Made by a program: the position numbers and the translations under genes
In this document: positions 1 to 8,904 of the stretch, piece after piece
Layout: each line of letters starts with the position of its first letter
Position numbering within the stretch: the stretch's first letter is position 1
DNA from: Alphaproteobacteria bacterium
GTDB taxonomy: Bacteria; Pseudomonadota; Alphaproteobacteria; Reyranellales; Reyranellaceae
Length of the DNA: 47,908 bases
Direction: 5' to 3'
Assembly (NCBI GenBank): GCA_019239835.1
Contig: JAFAZJ010000108.1
Coordinates: 1 to 47,908, forward strand
Notes under the pieces: generated by a model
Database searches by the model: none
The model's input: the letters and a program-made list of their open reading frames with translations, nothing else
What the model was told of the DNA's origin: nothing

Positions 1-2
1 AT

Positions 3-953
3 CTGACCCTGACCTACAAGCGCACGGTGATGTTCGGCCTGCTGAGCACGCGCCAGGGCGACGATCCGGTGTCGTGGCGCACGCAGGCCAATGCGATCCA
101 GGATGCCAACAAGGCCGGCGGTCGCATGTTCGGGCAGGTTGGCACGCGCTCGATCAACGCGATCTACTCGCTGAAATCCTATCTGCCGTTCGACGTGCTG
201 CCCGAATGGCAGGTGGTGCGCGAGCGGCCGCTGTCGGAGCAGCTGCAGATATTGCGCGACCCCGCCCGTCGACGCGCGCTGATCGAGGCCGAGCAGCGGA
301 TGAAGCCGAAGGACAACGTGCTGCAGGGCGGTGGTGCCGCGACGCTCGATCCGCGCAAGCCCGACTACGATCAGCTCTTTGCGCTCAAGAGCATGGACTG
401 GGACGATCCGACGGTGGCCGAGCTGTCACGCGCGCGCGGCACGCATCCGGTTGAGACCATGATCGAGCTGTCCCTCGACAACCCCGACCAGATCTATGTC
501 TGGCCGGTCGTGAACGAGGATCGCGAGGATCTGCTCGGCATGCTGAAGCACGATTTCGCGCTGGCGACCTTCTCCGATGCCGGCGCGCATTCGGCGCAGG
601 AAATGGGCGCCTGCCTGCAGACGCACTTCCTGCATTACTGGGTGAACCGCCGCGGTGCCTTCACCCTGGAGCAGGCGGTGCGCAAGATGACCCGCGACAT
701 CGCCGACGCCTTCGAGCTCAAGGACCGCGGCCTGCTCCAGCCAGGCTACAAGGCCGATGTCGTGCTGTTCGAGGCCGACCGCGTGCGCCCCTGCGTGCCG
801 AAGATTGAGACCGACCTGCCCGGCGGCGCGCGTCGCCTGGTGCAGAAGGCCGACGGCATCCGCGCCACCCTGGTCAACGGCGCGCTGACCATGGAGAACG
901 GCCAGTCGACCGGCACCTTCACCGGCGAGGTGATGAAGGGCGCCCTCGGATAG
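3..953 (+). CDS. Amidohydrolase family protein, D-aminoacylase-like (N-acyl-D-amino-acid deacylase family). This is the C-terminal part; the 5' end lies outside the window.
   Basis: The frame is open from base 3. The C-terminal region (YKADVVLFEADRV...LVNGALTMENGQSTG) resembles the metal-dependent amidohydrolase / D-aminoacylase family. GC3 is high. Confidence 0.7.
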   Translation: MTLTYKRTVMFGLLSTRQGDDPVSWRTQANAIQDANKAGGRMFGQVGTRSINAIYSLKSYLPFDVLPEWQVVRERPLSEQLQILRDPARRRALIEAEQRMKPKDNVLQGGGAATLDPRKPDYDQLFALKSMDWDDPTVAELSRARGTHPVETMIELSLDNPDQIYVWPVVNEDREDLLGMLKHDFALATFSDAGAHSAQEMGACLQTHFLHYWVNRRGAFTLEQAVRKMTRDIADAFELKDRGLLQPGYKADVVLFEADRVRPCVPKIETDLPGGARRLVQKADGIRATLVNGALTMENGQSTGTFTGEVMKGALG

Positions 954-958
954 GCGGT

Positions 959-1043
959 AGTGAAGGATGGTGAAGGATTTTCCCGATATCGGCGTCACGC
1001 GCGCGGACGGTCGATATGGAAAAATCCTTCACTATCCTTCGCT
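959..1043. repeat. Long imperfect inverted repeat between convergent genes
   Basis: AGTGAAGGATGGTGAAGGATTTT (959-981) and AAAATCCTTCACTATCCTTCGCT (1021-1043) form 23-bp arms with 2 mismatches around a 39-nt spacer. The region is AT-richer than its surroundings. Confidence 0.7.
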
Positions 1044-1047
1044 ACCC

Positions 1048-1073
1048 AAAATCCTGCCCAAAATTTAGGCAGG
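1048..1073 (-). terminator. Weak candidate terminator after the HDAC-family gene
   Basis: On the minus strand, CCTGCC-TAAATTTT-GGGCAGG is followed by ATTTT. The stem is only 6 bp. Confidence 0.3.
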
Positions 1074-1089
1074 TCGTGAGGGTTTGACC

Positions 1090-2196
1090 CTAGAGGCGGC
1101 CGAGCGCGGTGAACTTCTCGACCACGCTCCGCACGGCGCTTTCCTGGTGTGTGTGCAGCGTCTGGCCGGGGACTTTCGACCAGGCCGGCTCGAAAGGATC
1201 GGCGACGCCGGCATTGGCGCCGCTCATGCGCTCCAGCGTGGCCAGCGCGAGGTAGGGGACCGAGACCGGGGCGTAGCCGCCCTCGTGGGTCATCACCAGC
1301 CTGCCGCCGCAGAACTCGTCGGCGATCGCCATCAGCCGCGCCGTCATCTCGCGGAAGCTGCCGGGGTGCAGCATCATGCGGCCCAGCGGATCGTGGTTGC
1401 CGGCATCGAAGCCGCTCGACACGAACACCAGCTCGGGCTTGAAGCGGCGCAGCGCCGGCAGCACGACCTTGTCGAAGGCGTGCAGGTAGGCGCCGTGGCC
1501 CGAGCCTGCCGGCAGCGGGATGTTGATGTTGAAGCCCGCGCCGTCGCCTTCGCCGACATCCTCGACATAGCCCGAGTCGAACGGGAACAGCTGCTCCTGG
1601 TGCAGCGAGATGGTGAGCGCGCGCGGGTCGCGCCAGAACGCCTGCTGCGTGCCGTTGCCGTGATGCACGTCCCAGTCGACATAGGCGATGCGCTTGAGCC
1701 CGCGCGCCTCGAGCGCATGCTTGCCGGCGATCGCGCCGTTGCACAGGTAGCAGAAGCCCATGCCGGTATCGCGCTCGGCATGATGGCCCGGCGGACGGAT
1801 CAGCGCATAGACGTTGCGCACCGTGCCGTTCAGCACCGCGTCGACCGCCTCGATGGCGCCACCGGCGGCGAGCCGGGCGATCTGGTAGGTGCTGGGACCG
1901 ACGCGCGTGCGCGGGCCGACCTCGCCATAGACCTGCTGCTCCGCCGCCTTCAGCCGCTCGACATAGGCGGCATCGTGCACGCGCAGGATCTCGGCCTCGG
2001 TGGCGAGACGCGCCGGGATGGTCGTCAGGCGGGCGAGCAGGCCGCTGACCTCGAGCAGGTTCTTGATGCGCCGCTTGGTCTCGGGCGATTCGAAGCTCGG
2101 GAACGGCTCGAACAGCGCCTCGGGCGGGTAGGTGGCGGCGATGTTGCCGCTGTCGTGCCAGACGAAGCGCTCGTCCCAGACGAAGCCGGTGGTCAT
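1090..2196 (-). CDS. Histone deacetylase family protein (HDAC-like amidohydrolase / acetoin utilization type)
   Basis: Hallmark motifs are present: RPPGHHA, DWDVHHGNGTQ, SSGFDA...DPLG, and HEGGY near the C-terminus. Confidence 0.9.
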   Translation of the reverse strand: MTTGFVWDERFVWHDSGNIAATYPPEALFEPFPSFESPETKRRIKNLLEVSGLLARLTTIPARLATEAEILRVHDAAYVERLKAAEQQVYGEVGPRTRVGPSTYQIARLAAGGAIEAVDAVLNGTVRNVYALIRPPGHHAERDTGMGFCYLCNGAIAGKHALEARGLKRIAYVDWDVHHGNGTQQAFWRDPRALTISLHQEQLFPFDSGYVEDVGEGDGAGFNINIPLPAGSGHGAYLHAFDKVVLPALRRFKPELVFVSSGFDAGNHDPLGRMMLHPGSFREMTARLMAIADEFCGGRLVMTHEGGYAPVSVPYLALATLERMSGANAGVADPFEPAWSKVPGQTLHTHQESAVRSVVEKFTALGRL

Positions 2197-2202
2197 GCGC
2201 GC

Positions 2203-2676
2203 CTAGTAGTCGCTGCCAGGGCCGCCCGCGCCGGGCACGTTCTTCTTCGGGCCGCTGAACTTGCCGACGTTGCCCAGGATCTGCTCGAGGATGGTGAGCT
2301 CCTTGCCGGCGGTCGGCGTCTTGCGCGACACCATGGCGACCTCTTTGCCGTCCTTCAGGTCGTACTGCTTGATCTCGCGCACCCGGCCGCCGCCATCGAA
2401 GCTGACGGCCACCACGCGCTGCTCCACCACCCGCGTCGGCAGGATGGCGGTGCTCTCATTCCTGCTCGAGATGTAGTACCAGACCTCGTCGCCGAAGGTG
2501 GCGACGGTCGAGGGGCTGCCCATCAGGCGCAGCACGTCGTCGCGACCCTGGGTGCCGACCTCGAGCTTCTCGAACGTGCCGGGCACCGGCTGGTGGCCGC
2601 GCTGGTCGACGATCTCGCCGCAGGCGGACGCCATGAACGCCACGGCAAGCATCGCGGCGATCTGTCGAATCTTCAT
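2203..2676 (-). CDS. bamE: Outer membrane protein assembly factor BamE (SmpA/OmlA lipoprotein)
   Basis: I chose the internal start MKIRQIAAMLAVAFMASAC, which gives a signal peptide plus a lipobox Cys. The body (LEVGTQGRDDVLRLMGSPS...WYYI) is typical of SmpA/OmlA. The 199-aa track ORF extends upstream without a signal peptide. Confidence 0.8.
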   Translation of the reverse strand: MKIRQIAAMLAVAFMASACGEIVDQRGHQPVPGTFEKLEVGTQGRDDVLRLMGSPSTVATFGDEVWYYISSRNESTAILPTRVVEQRVVAVSFDGGGRVREIKQYDLKDGKEVAMVSRKTPTAGKELTILEQILGNVGKFSGPKKNVPGAGGPGSDY

Positions 2677-2800
2677 CGGCTTGAACACCTTGGCAGGCTG
2701 CCCTAAACGAGCGGGGACGAGGGGACCGGCGCCGTCAAATTGCCGACGCGGCGCCGGCCTGTCAAACGGTGCCACGGCCGCGCCTTCAGGAGCTTGGGGC

Positions 2801-3340
2801 ATGTTCGGTGTTTTCCGCCGTCGGGCGCAGGAACGGCAGGCCGTCGCCGGCCTCTATGCCGCCATCGCCATGCAGGCGCGCGAGCCCGTGTTCTATGCCG
2901 ATCTCGGCGTGCCTGATACGGTCGACGGCCGCTTCGACCTGCTGGTGCTGCACGCCTGGATGGCGATGCACCGGCTCGATGCCGAGGCGCAGAGTGGGCA
3001 GATCAAGCAGGACCTGTTCGACGCCATGTTCGCCCATCTCGACCTCACCCTGCGCGAAATGGGCGCCCAGGACCTCGGCGTCGGCCGCCGCATCAAGCGC
3101 ATGGCCGATGGCTTCAACGGCCGCTGCACGACGTTCCGCGAGGCATGGCTGAGCGGCGAGCCCGCCAAGCTGCAGGACGCGCTGGCACGCAACGTCTTCG
3201 GCAAGGTGACACCCACGCCCGAAGCGCTGGCGGTGCTGGCGCGCTACGTCGGCGACTCCATCGGCCGCCTGACCGCGACGCCGGCGGCCGCGCTGATGGC
3301 CGGGCAGATCGCCTGGCCAACCCCGGCGGGTGGCGCATGA
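2801..3340 (+). CDS. Ubiquinol-cytochrome c chaperone (Cbp3-like) domain protein
   Basis: Start is MFGVFRRRAQ at 2801. The DGRFDLLVLHAWM...DLFDAMFAHLDLTLREMG pattern matches this family. The stop overlaps the next gene's start (ATGA at 3337-3340). Confidence 0.7.
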   Translation: MFGVFRRRAQERQAVAGLYAAIAMQAREPVFYADLGVPDTVDGRFDLLVLHAWMAMHRLDAEAQSGQIKQDLFDAMFAHLDLTLREMGAQDLGVGRRIKRMADGFNGRCTTFREAWLSGEPAKLQDALARNVFGKVTPTPEALAVLARYVGDSIGRLTATPAAALMAGQIAWPTPAGGA

Positions 3341-3849
3341 GCCAGGCTCAGGAGGAGCTCAGCCGCATCGTGCGCCTCGATCGCGTGCCGTCGCGTGGCA
3401 TGGATATCGACGTGCAGGCCAGCGAGGCGGAGCGGGCGGCGTTGGCCAGGCGCTTCGAGCTCTTGGAGCTCCCGTCGCTCAAGGCCGCGGTCACCGTGCA
3501 GCCCGGCATGGGAGGCGTCTGGACGGTATCGGGGCGGCTCAGCGCCGAGGTGGTGCAGGCCTGTATCGTGACCCTCGATCCGGTGCCGCAGTCGATCGAC
3601 GAGACCTTCGACCTGCGCTTTGCCGCCGGGGCCGCCGGCAGCTCGGACGACCCGGACGCGCCGGAGCCGCTGGAGGGCGACACCATCGACGTCGGCGCCA
3701 TCGTCGCCGACCACCTGTCACTGGCGCTCGACCCGTTCCCGCGCGCCCCGGGTGCGACATACGAGCCCGCCCCGCAGCCGGCCGATGCCAAACCCAATCC
3801 CTTCGCCGCCCTGGAGCAGCTCAAGGGCCGCCTGAAGGGCGAAAGCTGA
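3337..3849 (+). CDS. YceD/DUF177 family protein (ribosome-maturation associated), upstream of rpmF
   Basis: Start is MSQAQEELSRIV. It contains an acidic segment DTIDVGAIVADHLSLALDPFPR. It occupies the conserved position immediately upstream of rpmF-plsX-fabH. Confidence 0.8.
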   Translation: MSQAQEELSRIVRLDRVPSRGMDIDVQASEAERAALARRFELLELPSLKAAVTVQPGMGGVWTVSGRLSAEVVQACIVTLDPVPQSIDETFDLRFAAGAAGSSDDPDAPEPLEGDTIDVGAIVADHLSLALDPFPRAPGATYEPAPQPADAKPNPFAALEQLKGRLKGES

Positions 3850-3976
3850 TGGCTGGAATGGCGGCAAAGCGCTTGCCGCACTGTCACAATTTGGCTAGGA
3901 AAGCGCCCTCGCGACCTGCCCCCAAGATTGTCGAGGCTGGCGGCGCTGACGCCCTGGCCCGCCACGGAGATTCACG

Positions 3977-4162
3977 ATGGCCGTTCCCAAAAAGAAGGTG
4001 AGCACCTCTCGCCGCAACATGCGCCGTTCGCACCATGCGCTCGAGGGCCAGGCGTTCGTCGAGTGCGCCAATTGCGGCGAGCTGATGCGCCCGCACCACG
4101 TCTGCGAGGCCTGCGGCTACTACCGCAAGCGCGAGGTGGTCGCCAAGGCGGCCAACGGCTGA
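3977..4162 (+). CDS. rpmF: 50S ribosomal protein L32
   Basis: It begins [22 protein letters not shown] and carries CxxC...CxxC zinc-ribbon cysteines. Confidence 0.95.
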   Translation: MAVPKKKVSTSRRNMRRSHHALEGQAFVECANCGELMRPHHVCEACGYYRKREVVAKAANG

Positions 4163-4187
4163 TCCCCGCCCAGCGACGGCCGACGAC

Positions 4188-5264
4188 GTGACGCGAAAGA
4201 TCGTCATCGCGCTCGACGGCATGGGCGGCGACATGGCGCCGGACATGGTCGTCCGCGGCGCCGGCATCGCCCGCGAACGCCATCCCGACATCACGTTTCG
4301 CCTGTTCGGCAACGCCACGCGGCTGGCCGAGCTGGTCAAGCGCGTGCGCTGGCTCAAGGATTGCTGCGAGATCGTGCCGGCCGAGGACGTCGTCACCAAC
4401 GACGACACGCCGCGTCAGGCGCTGCGCAAGCGCGCCACCTCGAGCATGGGCATGGCGCTCGACGCCGTCGCCGACAAGCAGGCCGATTGCATCGTCTCGG
4501 CCGGCAATACCGGCGCGCTGCTGGCCTCGGCCAGCGTCATGCTGCGTCCGCTGCCGGGCGTCCGCCGGCCGGCGATGGCATCGGTGCTGCCGACGGTGCG
4601 CGGCGAGACGGTGATGCTGGATCTCGGCGCCAACATGCAATGTGACGCCAACAACCTCGCCGAATTCGCCGTGATGGGCTCGGTCTTCGCCCGCACCGTG
4701 CTCGGCCTCGACCAGCCCGCTGTCGGCCTGCTCAACGTCGGCTCGGAGGAGGGCAAGGGCAACGAGACCCTGCGCGACGCTGCCGAGATGCTGAAGACCG
4801 ACGGCTCGCCGGTGCGCTTCCATGGCTTCGTCGAGGGCAACGATATCGGCGCCGGCACGGTCGACGTGGTGGTCACCGACGGCTTCACCGGCAACGTGGC
4901 GCTGAAGGCCATGGAGGGCACGGCCAAGCTCTATACCGGCTTCGTGCGCGACGCCTTCAAGACCTCGACCCTGGCCAAGATGGGCTACGTCCTGGCTTCG
5001 GGTGCCTGGGACAAGCTGCGCAAGCGGGTCGATCCGCGGCGGTACAACGGCGCCGTGTTCCTGGGCGTCAACGGCGTCTGCGTGAAGAGCCACGGCGGCA
5101 CCGACGCCTTGGGCTTCGCTAACGCCATCGGCGTCGCCGTTGATTCTGTGAAATACAATTTGAACGACAAGATCGTAGGCGATCTCAAAAAGCTGCGCGA
5201 GATTGTGGCCGATGAAGGGGCCGAGCCGGCAGTGGCAGTGGCCGGGGGTACGGGCACGCCATGA
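4188..5264 (+). CDS. plsX: Phosphate acyltransferase PlsX
   Basis: GTG start. Motifs include [29 protein letters not shown]. Synteny is rpmF-plsX-fabH. Confidence 0.95.
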   Translation: MTRKIVIALDGMGGDMAPDMVVRGAGIARERHPDITFRLFGNATRLAELVKRVRWLKDCCEIVPAEDVVTNDDTPRQALRKRATSSMGMALDAVADKQADCIVSAGNTGALLASASVMLRPLPGVRRPAMASVLPTVRGETVMLDLGANMQCDANNLAEFAVMGSVFARTVLGLDQPAVGLLNVGSEEGKGNETLRDAAEMLKTDGSPVRFHGFVEGNDIGAGTVDVVVTDGFTGNVALKAMEGTAKLYTGFVRDAFKTSTLAKMGYVLASGAWDKLRKRVDPRRYNGAVFLGVNGVCVKSHGGTDALGFANAIGVAVDSVKYNLNDKIVGDLKKLREIVADEGAEPAVAVAGGTGTP

Positions 5265-6232
5265 TCCGGTCGATCGTCGAGAGCTGCGGGGCATACCTGC
5301 CCGAGCGCGTCATGACCAATGACGAGCTGGCCAAGAAGGTCGACACCTCCGATGAATGGATCATCCAGCGCACCGGCATCCGCTCGCGCCACATCGCCGC
5401 CGACGGCGAGTTCACCTCGCATCTCGCCATCAAGGCCGCCGACCAGGCGCTGAGCCGCGCCAATATGAAGGCGGCCGACCTCGACCTCATCGTGCTGGCC
5501 ACCGCTACGCCCGACCAGACCTTTCCCGCCACCGCCACCAAGGTGCAGGCCACCCTGGGCATGCATCGCGGCGCCGCCTTCGACGTCCAGGCGGTGTGCT
5601 CGGGCTTCGTCTACGCGCTGTCGGTCGCCGACAACATGATCAAGGGCGGCATGGCCGGCTCGGCCCTGGTGATCGGTGCGGAGACCTTCTCGCGCATCCT
5701 CGACTGGAACGACCGCGGCACCTGCGTGCTGTTCGGCGATGGCGCCGGCGCCGTGGTGCTGAAGGCGGGCGAAGGCAAGGGCACCGCCCAGGATCGCGGC
5801 ATCCTGTGGAGCTCGGTGCACTCCGACGGCCGCTACCACGACCTGCTCTATGTCGATGGCGGGCCCTCGACCACGGGCACGGCCGGCTTCCTGCGCATGC
5901 AGGGTCGCGAGGTCTTCAAGCACGCCGTCACCAACCTGGCGGCCGTGGTCGGCGAGACCATGGGCAAGGTCGGGCTCGAGGCCAAGGACATCGACTGGCT
6001 GGTCCCGCACCAGGCCAACAAGCGCATCATCGACGGCACCGGCCGGAAGCTGGGTCTCTCGGCCGACAAGGTCGTGGTCACCGTCGACCACCACGCCAAC
6101 ACCTCCGCCGCCTCGATCCCGCTGGCCCTCGAAGCCGCCGTCACCGACGGCCGGGTCAAGCGCAACGACCTGCTGCTGCTCGAAGCCATGGGCGGCGGCC
6201 TCACCTGGGGCGCCAGCCTGGTTCGCTGGTAG
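5261..6232 (+). CDS. fabH: Beta-ketoacyl-ACP synthase III
   Basis: Contains [12 protein letters not shown], the active-site AVCSGF, HQAN and GGGLTWG. The start is coupled to the plsX stop by an ATGA overlap. Confidence 0.95.
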   Translation: MIRSIVESCGAYLPERVMTNDELAKKVDTSDEWIIQRTGIRSRHIAADGEFTSHLAIKAADQALSRANMKAADLDLIVLATATPDQTFPATATKVQATLGMHRGAAFDVQAVCSGFVYALSVADNMIKGGMAGSALVIGAETFSRILDWNDRGTCVLFGDGAGAVVLKAGEGKGTAQDRGILWSSVHSDGRYHDLLYVDGGPSTTGTAGFLRMQGREVFKHAVTNLAAVVGETMGKVGLEAKDIDWLVPHQANKRIIDGTGRKLGLSADKVVVTVDHHANTSAASIPLALEAAVTDGRVKRNDLLLLEAMGGGLTWGASLVRW

Positions 6233-6305
6233 GCTGAAGAGCCGGGTCGAAGTCAGCTACTTATCGTGAAAAATTTTGTTAATCTTTCGCATGAAGTGCA
6301 GGATT

Positions 6306-6333
6306 TTGACCCGATCTGTTGCATATATATCAC
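6306..6333 (+). promoter_or_regulatory. Putative sigma70-type promoter in the AT-rich fabH-ihfA spacer (TTGACC - 16 nt - TATCAC)
   Basis: The hexamers were read directly from the sequence. There is no experimental support, and the -10 element is only a partial match. Confidence 0.25.
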
Positions 6334-6519
6334 ATTAAAGGAAAATTCTAAGCGCCCGTTTTATCAGGATTTATTGTCACGGAATTTGCAGGTTTCACCT
6401 GACACTTCAGCTGAATCTGACCCCTAATCCCGCCGTAATTTCAATGCTTAAGGTGGGTTTGTAATGTTGACCGCGAGGTCTTCTTACACTATGGTTTAAG
6501 AGGGGAAGGGGAATGCTGA

Positions 6520-6843
6520 ATGGATCAACGGACGATCACCCGCGCTGACCTCAGCGAATCGGTGTTTCAGGAAGTGGGACTGTCCCGTAACGAGTCTGCG
6601 GATTTAGTCGAGGTCATCCTCGGTGAAATCGCTGACGCGCTCGCCCGCGGCGAGACGGTGAAGATCTCATCTTTCGGAAGCTTCTCGGTTCGGGACAAGG
6701 GGCAACGGGTCGGCCGTAATCCGAAAACCGGACAGGAAGTTCCAATCCTGCCGCGGCGTGTCCTCGTCTTCCGCGCGTCTAACGTGCTCAAAGCACGCAT
6801 CAATAATCTACCGATAAGCAGTGATGATGTGGAAGGTGAATGA
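6520..6843 (+). CDS. ihfA: Integration host factor subunit alpha
   Basis: Contains [10 protein letters not shown]...GFGSF-like SSFGSFSVR...[10 protein letters not shown], the HU/IHF signature. The position after fabH is conserved in alphaproteobacteria. Confidence 0.9.
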   Translation: MDQRTITRADLSESVFQEVGLSRNESADLVEVILGEIADALARGETVKISSFGSFSVRDKGQRVGRNPKTGQEVPILPRRVLVFRASNVLKARINNLPISSDDVEGE

Positions 6844-7349
6844 TGGTCATTGTCAGCGCTCAGGGGATGGAGCGCCGCGTCGAGAAGTCGGCGCTAGCGT
6901 TCCGGACAATCAGTGAAGTCGCAACCGAACTCGACGTGCCGCAGCACGTCCTGCGTTTCTGGGAAAGCAAGTTCAGCCAGGTCCGTCCGCTCAAGCGCGG
7001 GGGTGGCCGGCGGTACTATCGCCCGGAGGACGTCGATCTGCTGCGTCGCATCCGCTCGTTGCTCTACGACGACGGTTACACCATCAAGGGCGTCCAGCGC
7101 CTCTTGAAGGAAGGCCGTGGCCGCCTGACCGGTCGCGAGGCCGGCGAGGGCGATGCTGCCCGGATCATGCCGGTCGAAGCCGAAGTCCGCAGTCTGCCGC
7201 GCACCGGCCCGCAGCCGGCGACCAATGTCGCTCTGCCGCGGCCGACCGCCAAGCTCGACGGCGGCAAGCGCCGCGAGATCGAGAACGTGCTCGACGATCT
7301 GCAGAACGCGCTCGAGCTGCTGCGCCGCACGTTGCACGGCCAGCACTAA
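6840..7349 (+). CDS. MerR family transcriptional regulator
   Basis: The N-terminal HTH reads [25 protein letters not shown]...RRYYRPEDV. The ATGA overlaps the ihfA stop. A later start (MERRVEK) is also possible. Confidence 0.85.
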   Translation: MMVIVSAQGMERRVEKSALAFRTISEVATELDVPQHVLRFWESKFSQVRPLKRGGGRRYYRPEDVDLLRRIRSLLYDDGYTIKGVQRLLKEGRGRLTGREAGEGDAARIMPVEAEVRSLPRTGPQPATNVALPRPTAKLDGGKRREIENVLDDLQNALELLRRTLHGQH

Positions 7350-7386
7350 AAACGCCGATCCGCGCGGCCGCGCGGAATTCGAAACG

Positions 7387-7426
7387 GACGCCGCCGGATT
7401 GTCTCCCCGGCGGCGTCTGTCGTTTT
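7387..7426 (+). terminator. Rho-independent terminator after the MerR gene
   Basis: An 11-bp perfect stem (GACGCCGCCGG / CCGGCGGCGTC) with a 9-nt loop is followed by TGTCGTTTT. Confidence 0.7.
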
Positions 7427-7481
7427 GGGGCTCGCGAACGTTGAAATGGGTGGGCGGGAAGCGCTAAGTACCGCCCACGGT

Positions 7482-7558
7482 CGGGGCGTAGCGCAGCCCG
7501 GTAGCGCATCAGTCTGGGGGACTGGGGGTCGTGGGTTCGAATCCCGCCGCCCCGACCA
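7482..7558 (+). tRNA. tRNA-Pro (anticodon GGG)
   Basis: I folded a 77-nt cloverleaf by hand. The acceptor is CGGGGCG/CGCCCCG, the T-loop is GGTTCGAATCC, the anticodon loop is CTGGGGG, and CCA is encoded. Confidence 0.95.
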
Positions 7559-7600
7559 CTTACCTCAAGGGGTGCTGGCGGCCCGTCCGAACGCTGATGC

Positions 7601-8077
7601 GTGGAGGACCGGGTGAGACATCTGTGTCTGGCGCTGATCGCGCTGCTGGCAACAATCGCGAGCCCGGCAGCGGCTCAGCAGGTCTGGCCGATCATGGTGC
7701 AGGTCGGCTTGATCGGTACCTGGGCCGGCAACTGTGACGCGCCGCCCTCCGGCGCGAACTGGTTCCTGACCTTCCGCGACGATGGCGCCGGCGGCGCGCG
7801 GCGCTCATCCGATCGCGGGCCCGAGCTGCCGAATTTGATGGTCGTGATCGACAGCGCGCAGATCCCCGGGCCGGCCACCGTCCGGTTCGCAGCGCGCAAC
7901 GAGGACGTGAACTGGGGCGGCACCAACGGCCATCGCTTCGACGTCGTCGTCGAGATCAGCAACGGCACCATGCGCACGATATCCTCGACGCGGCTCCACG
8001 ATGGCGCCGAGTTGATCAAGGATGGTCTGGTGACGAGCAGCGGCCAGCCGGCGCTGCTGCTGCGTCGCTGCCGCTGA
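7601..8077 (+). CDS. Hypothetical secreted protein
   Basis: The N-terminus reads LCLALIALLATIASPAAAQQ, a signal peptide. GTG 7613, preceded by GGAGGA, is an equally likely start. I recognise no family. Confidence 0.5.
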   Translation: MEDRVRHLCLALIALLATIASPAAAQQVWPIMVQVGLIGTWAGNCDAPPSGANWFLTFRDDGAGGARRSSDRGPELPNLMVVIDSAQIPGPATVRFAARNEDVNWGGTNGHRFDVVVEISNGTMRTISSTRLHDGAELIKDGLVTSSGQPALLLRRCR

Positions 8078-8359
8078 TCAGCCGTTCTCGGCGATCAGCC
8101 GGCCTTCGGAGGTCAGCTTGCAGACCAGCCAGTCGGGCTTCAACTTGTTGCTGAACCAGGGTTCGGCCCAGCCCATGGCGATGCAGCGGCGGATCATGTC
8201 GGGGTCGAAGGCCTGGCCATCGAGATCGAACAGCGGCAGCTTGCCGCCGGCCTGGTTGAGGCCGCGGCGAAGATACGTGATGTCACGTTCTGTCGGAATA
8301 TCAATAGATTGAGGATCGTTCCTATCCTCATATCTTAGGATCTGAGCGGCACTGGCCAT
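8078..8359 (-). CDS. Hypothetical small protein (93 aa)
   Basis: This is the only sizeable ORF in the interval. Its 5' third is visibly AT-richer than the genome. It sits tail-to-tail with zero gap against the previous gene. I recognise no family. Confidence 0.45.
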   Translation of the reverse strand: MASAAQILRYEDRNDPQSIDIPTERDITYLRRGLNQAGGKLPLFDLDGQAFDPDMIRRCIAMGWAEPWFSNKLKPDWLVCKLTSEGRLIAENG

Positions 8360-8505
8360 TGCGATCGAAAGCCCCTGTGTCCGGCCTCACGGCCGGCCAC
8401 CCCAAGTGCAAGAATAGTCCACAACTATCTGAAAAGAAACGGAAATATTTCTTGATCTCAATCCGTATCTGGATTCGCTGTATCTGGTAGGTCGAAGAGC
8501 GCGCC

Positions 8506-8835
8506 ATGTCCCAAGTCTTGTCTGTCTACATCACTGCCGGCGACCTCGCCGAGGCCGAGAAGATCGCTCAGGCGCTGGTCGACGAGCGCCTGGCGGCCTG
8601 CGTCAACATCTTCGACGGCGTGCGCTCGGTGTTCCGCTGGCAGGGCAGCGTGCAGAGCGGCCGCGAGGTGGTACTGATCGCCAAGACGGTCGAGGAGCGC
8701 TTCGACGACCTGCGCGAGCGGGTGATCGAGCTGCACTCCTACGAGCTGCCCTGCATCGTCGCCCGGCCGGTCAGCGACGGCCATCCCGGCTTCCTGGAGT
8801 GGATCGAGGCGGAAACCGATCCCTCGGCGATCTGA
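8506..8835 (+). CDS. cutA: Divalent-cation tolerance protein CutA
   Basis: Contains ERLAACVNI...S.FRWQG...E..L..KT....F..L...I..LHSYE.P.I, the CutA1 signature. Confidence 0.9.
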   Translation: MSQVLSVYITAGDLAEAEKIAQALVDERLAACVNIFDGVRSVFRWQGSVQSGREVVLIAKTVEERFDDLRERVIELHSYELPCIVARPVSDGHPGFLEWIEAETDPSAI

Positions 8836-8904
8836 ACTTGCGGTGGCACACAATCGAGACGATGGTGCCGCCCCCTCGCACCCGGCCTTTGCTACGTTCG
8901 TCCC

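Noticed and set aside
1084-2706. A 540-aa plus-strand ORF
   Set aside because: It is antisense to the HDAC-family and bamE genes and has no domain signatures.
3972-5294. A 440-aa minus-strand ORF. Similar antisense or alternate-frame ORFs lie at 4985-6094, 12932-14362, 18476-19765, 33941-34915, 36803-38197 and 38374-39612.
   Set aside because: All of them overlap genes with strong family evidence on the other strand or frame (plsX, fabH, aminotransferase, TctC, aldolase, cyclase, propeller). They have the Arg/Ala/Gly-rich composition of shadow ORFs.
7482-8505. A genomic island integrated at tRNA-Pro
   Set aside because: I could not find an integrase, a recombinase, or a direct repeat of the tRNA 3' end. 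It is kept only as a low-interest observation about two orphan genes.
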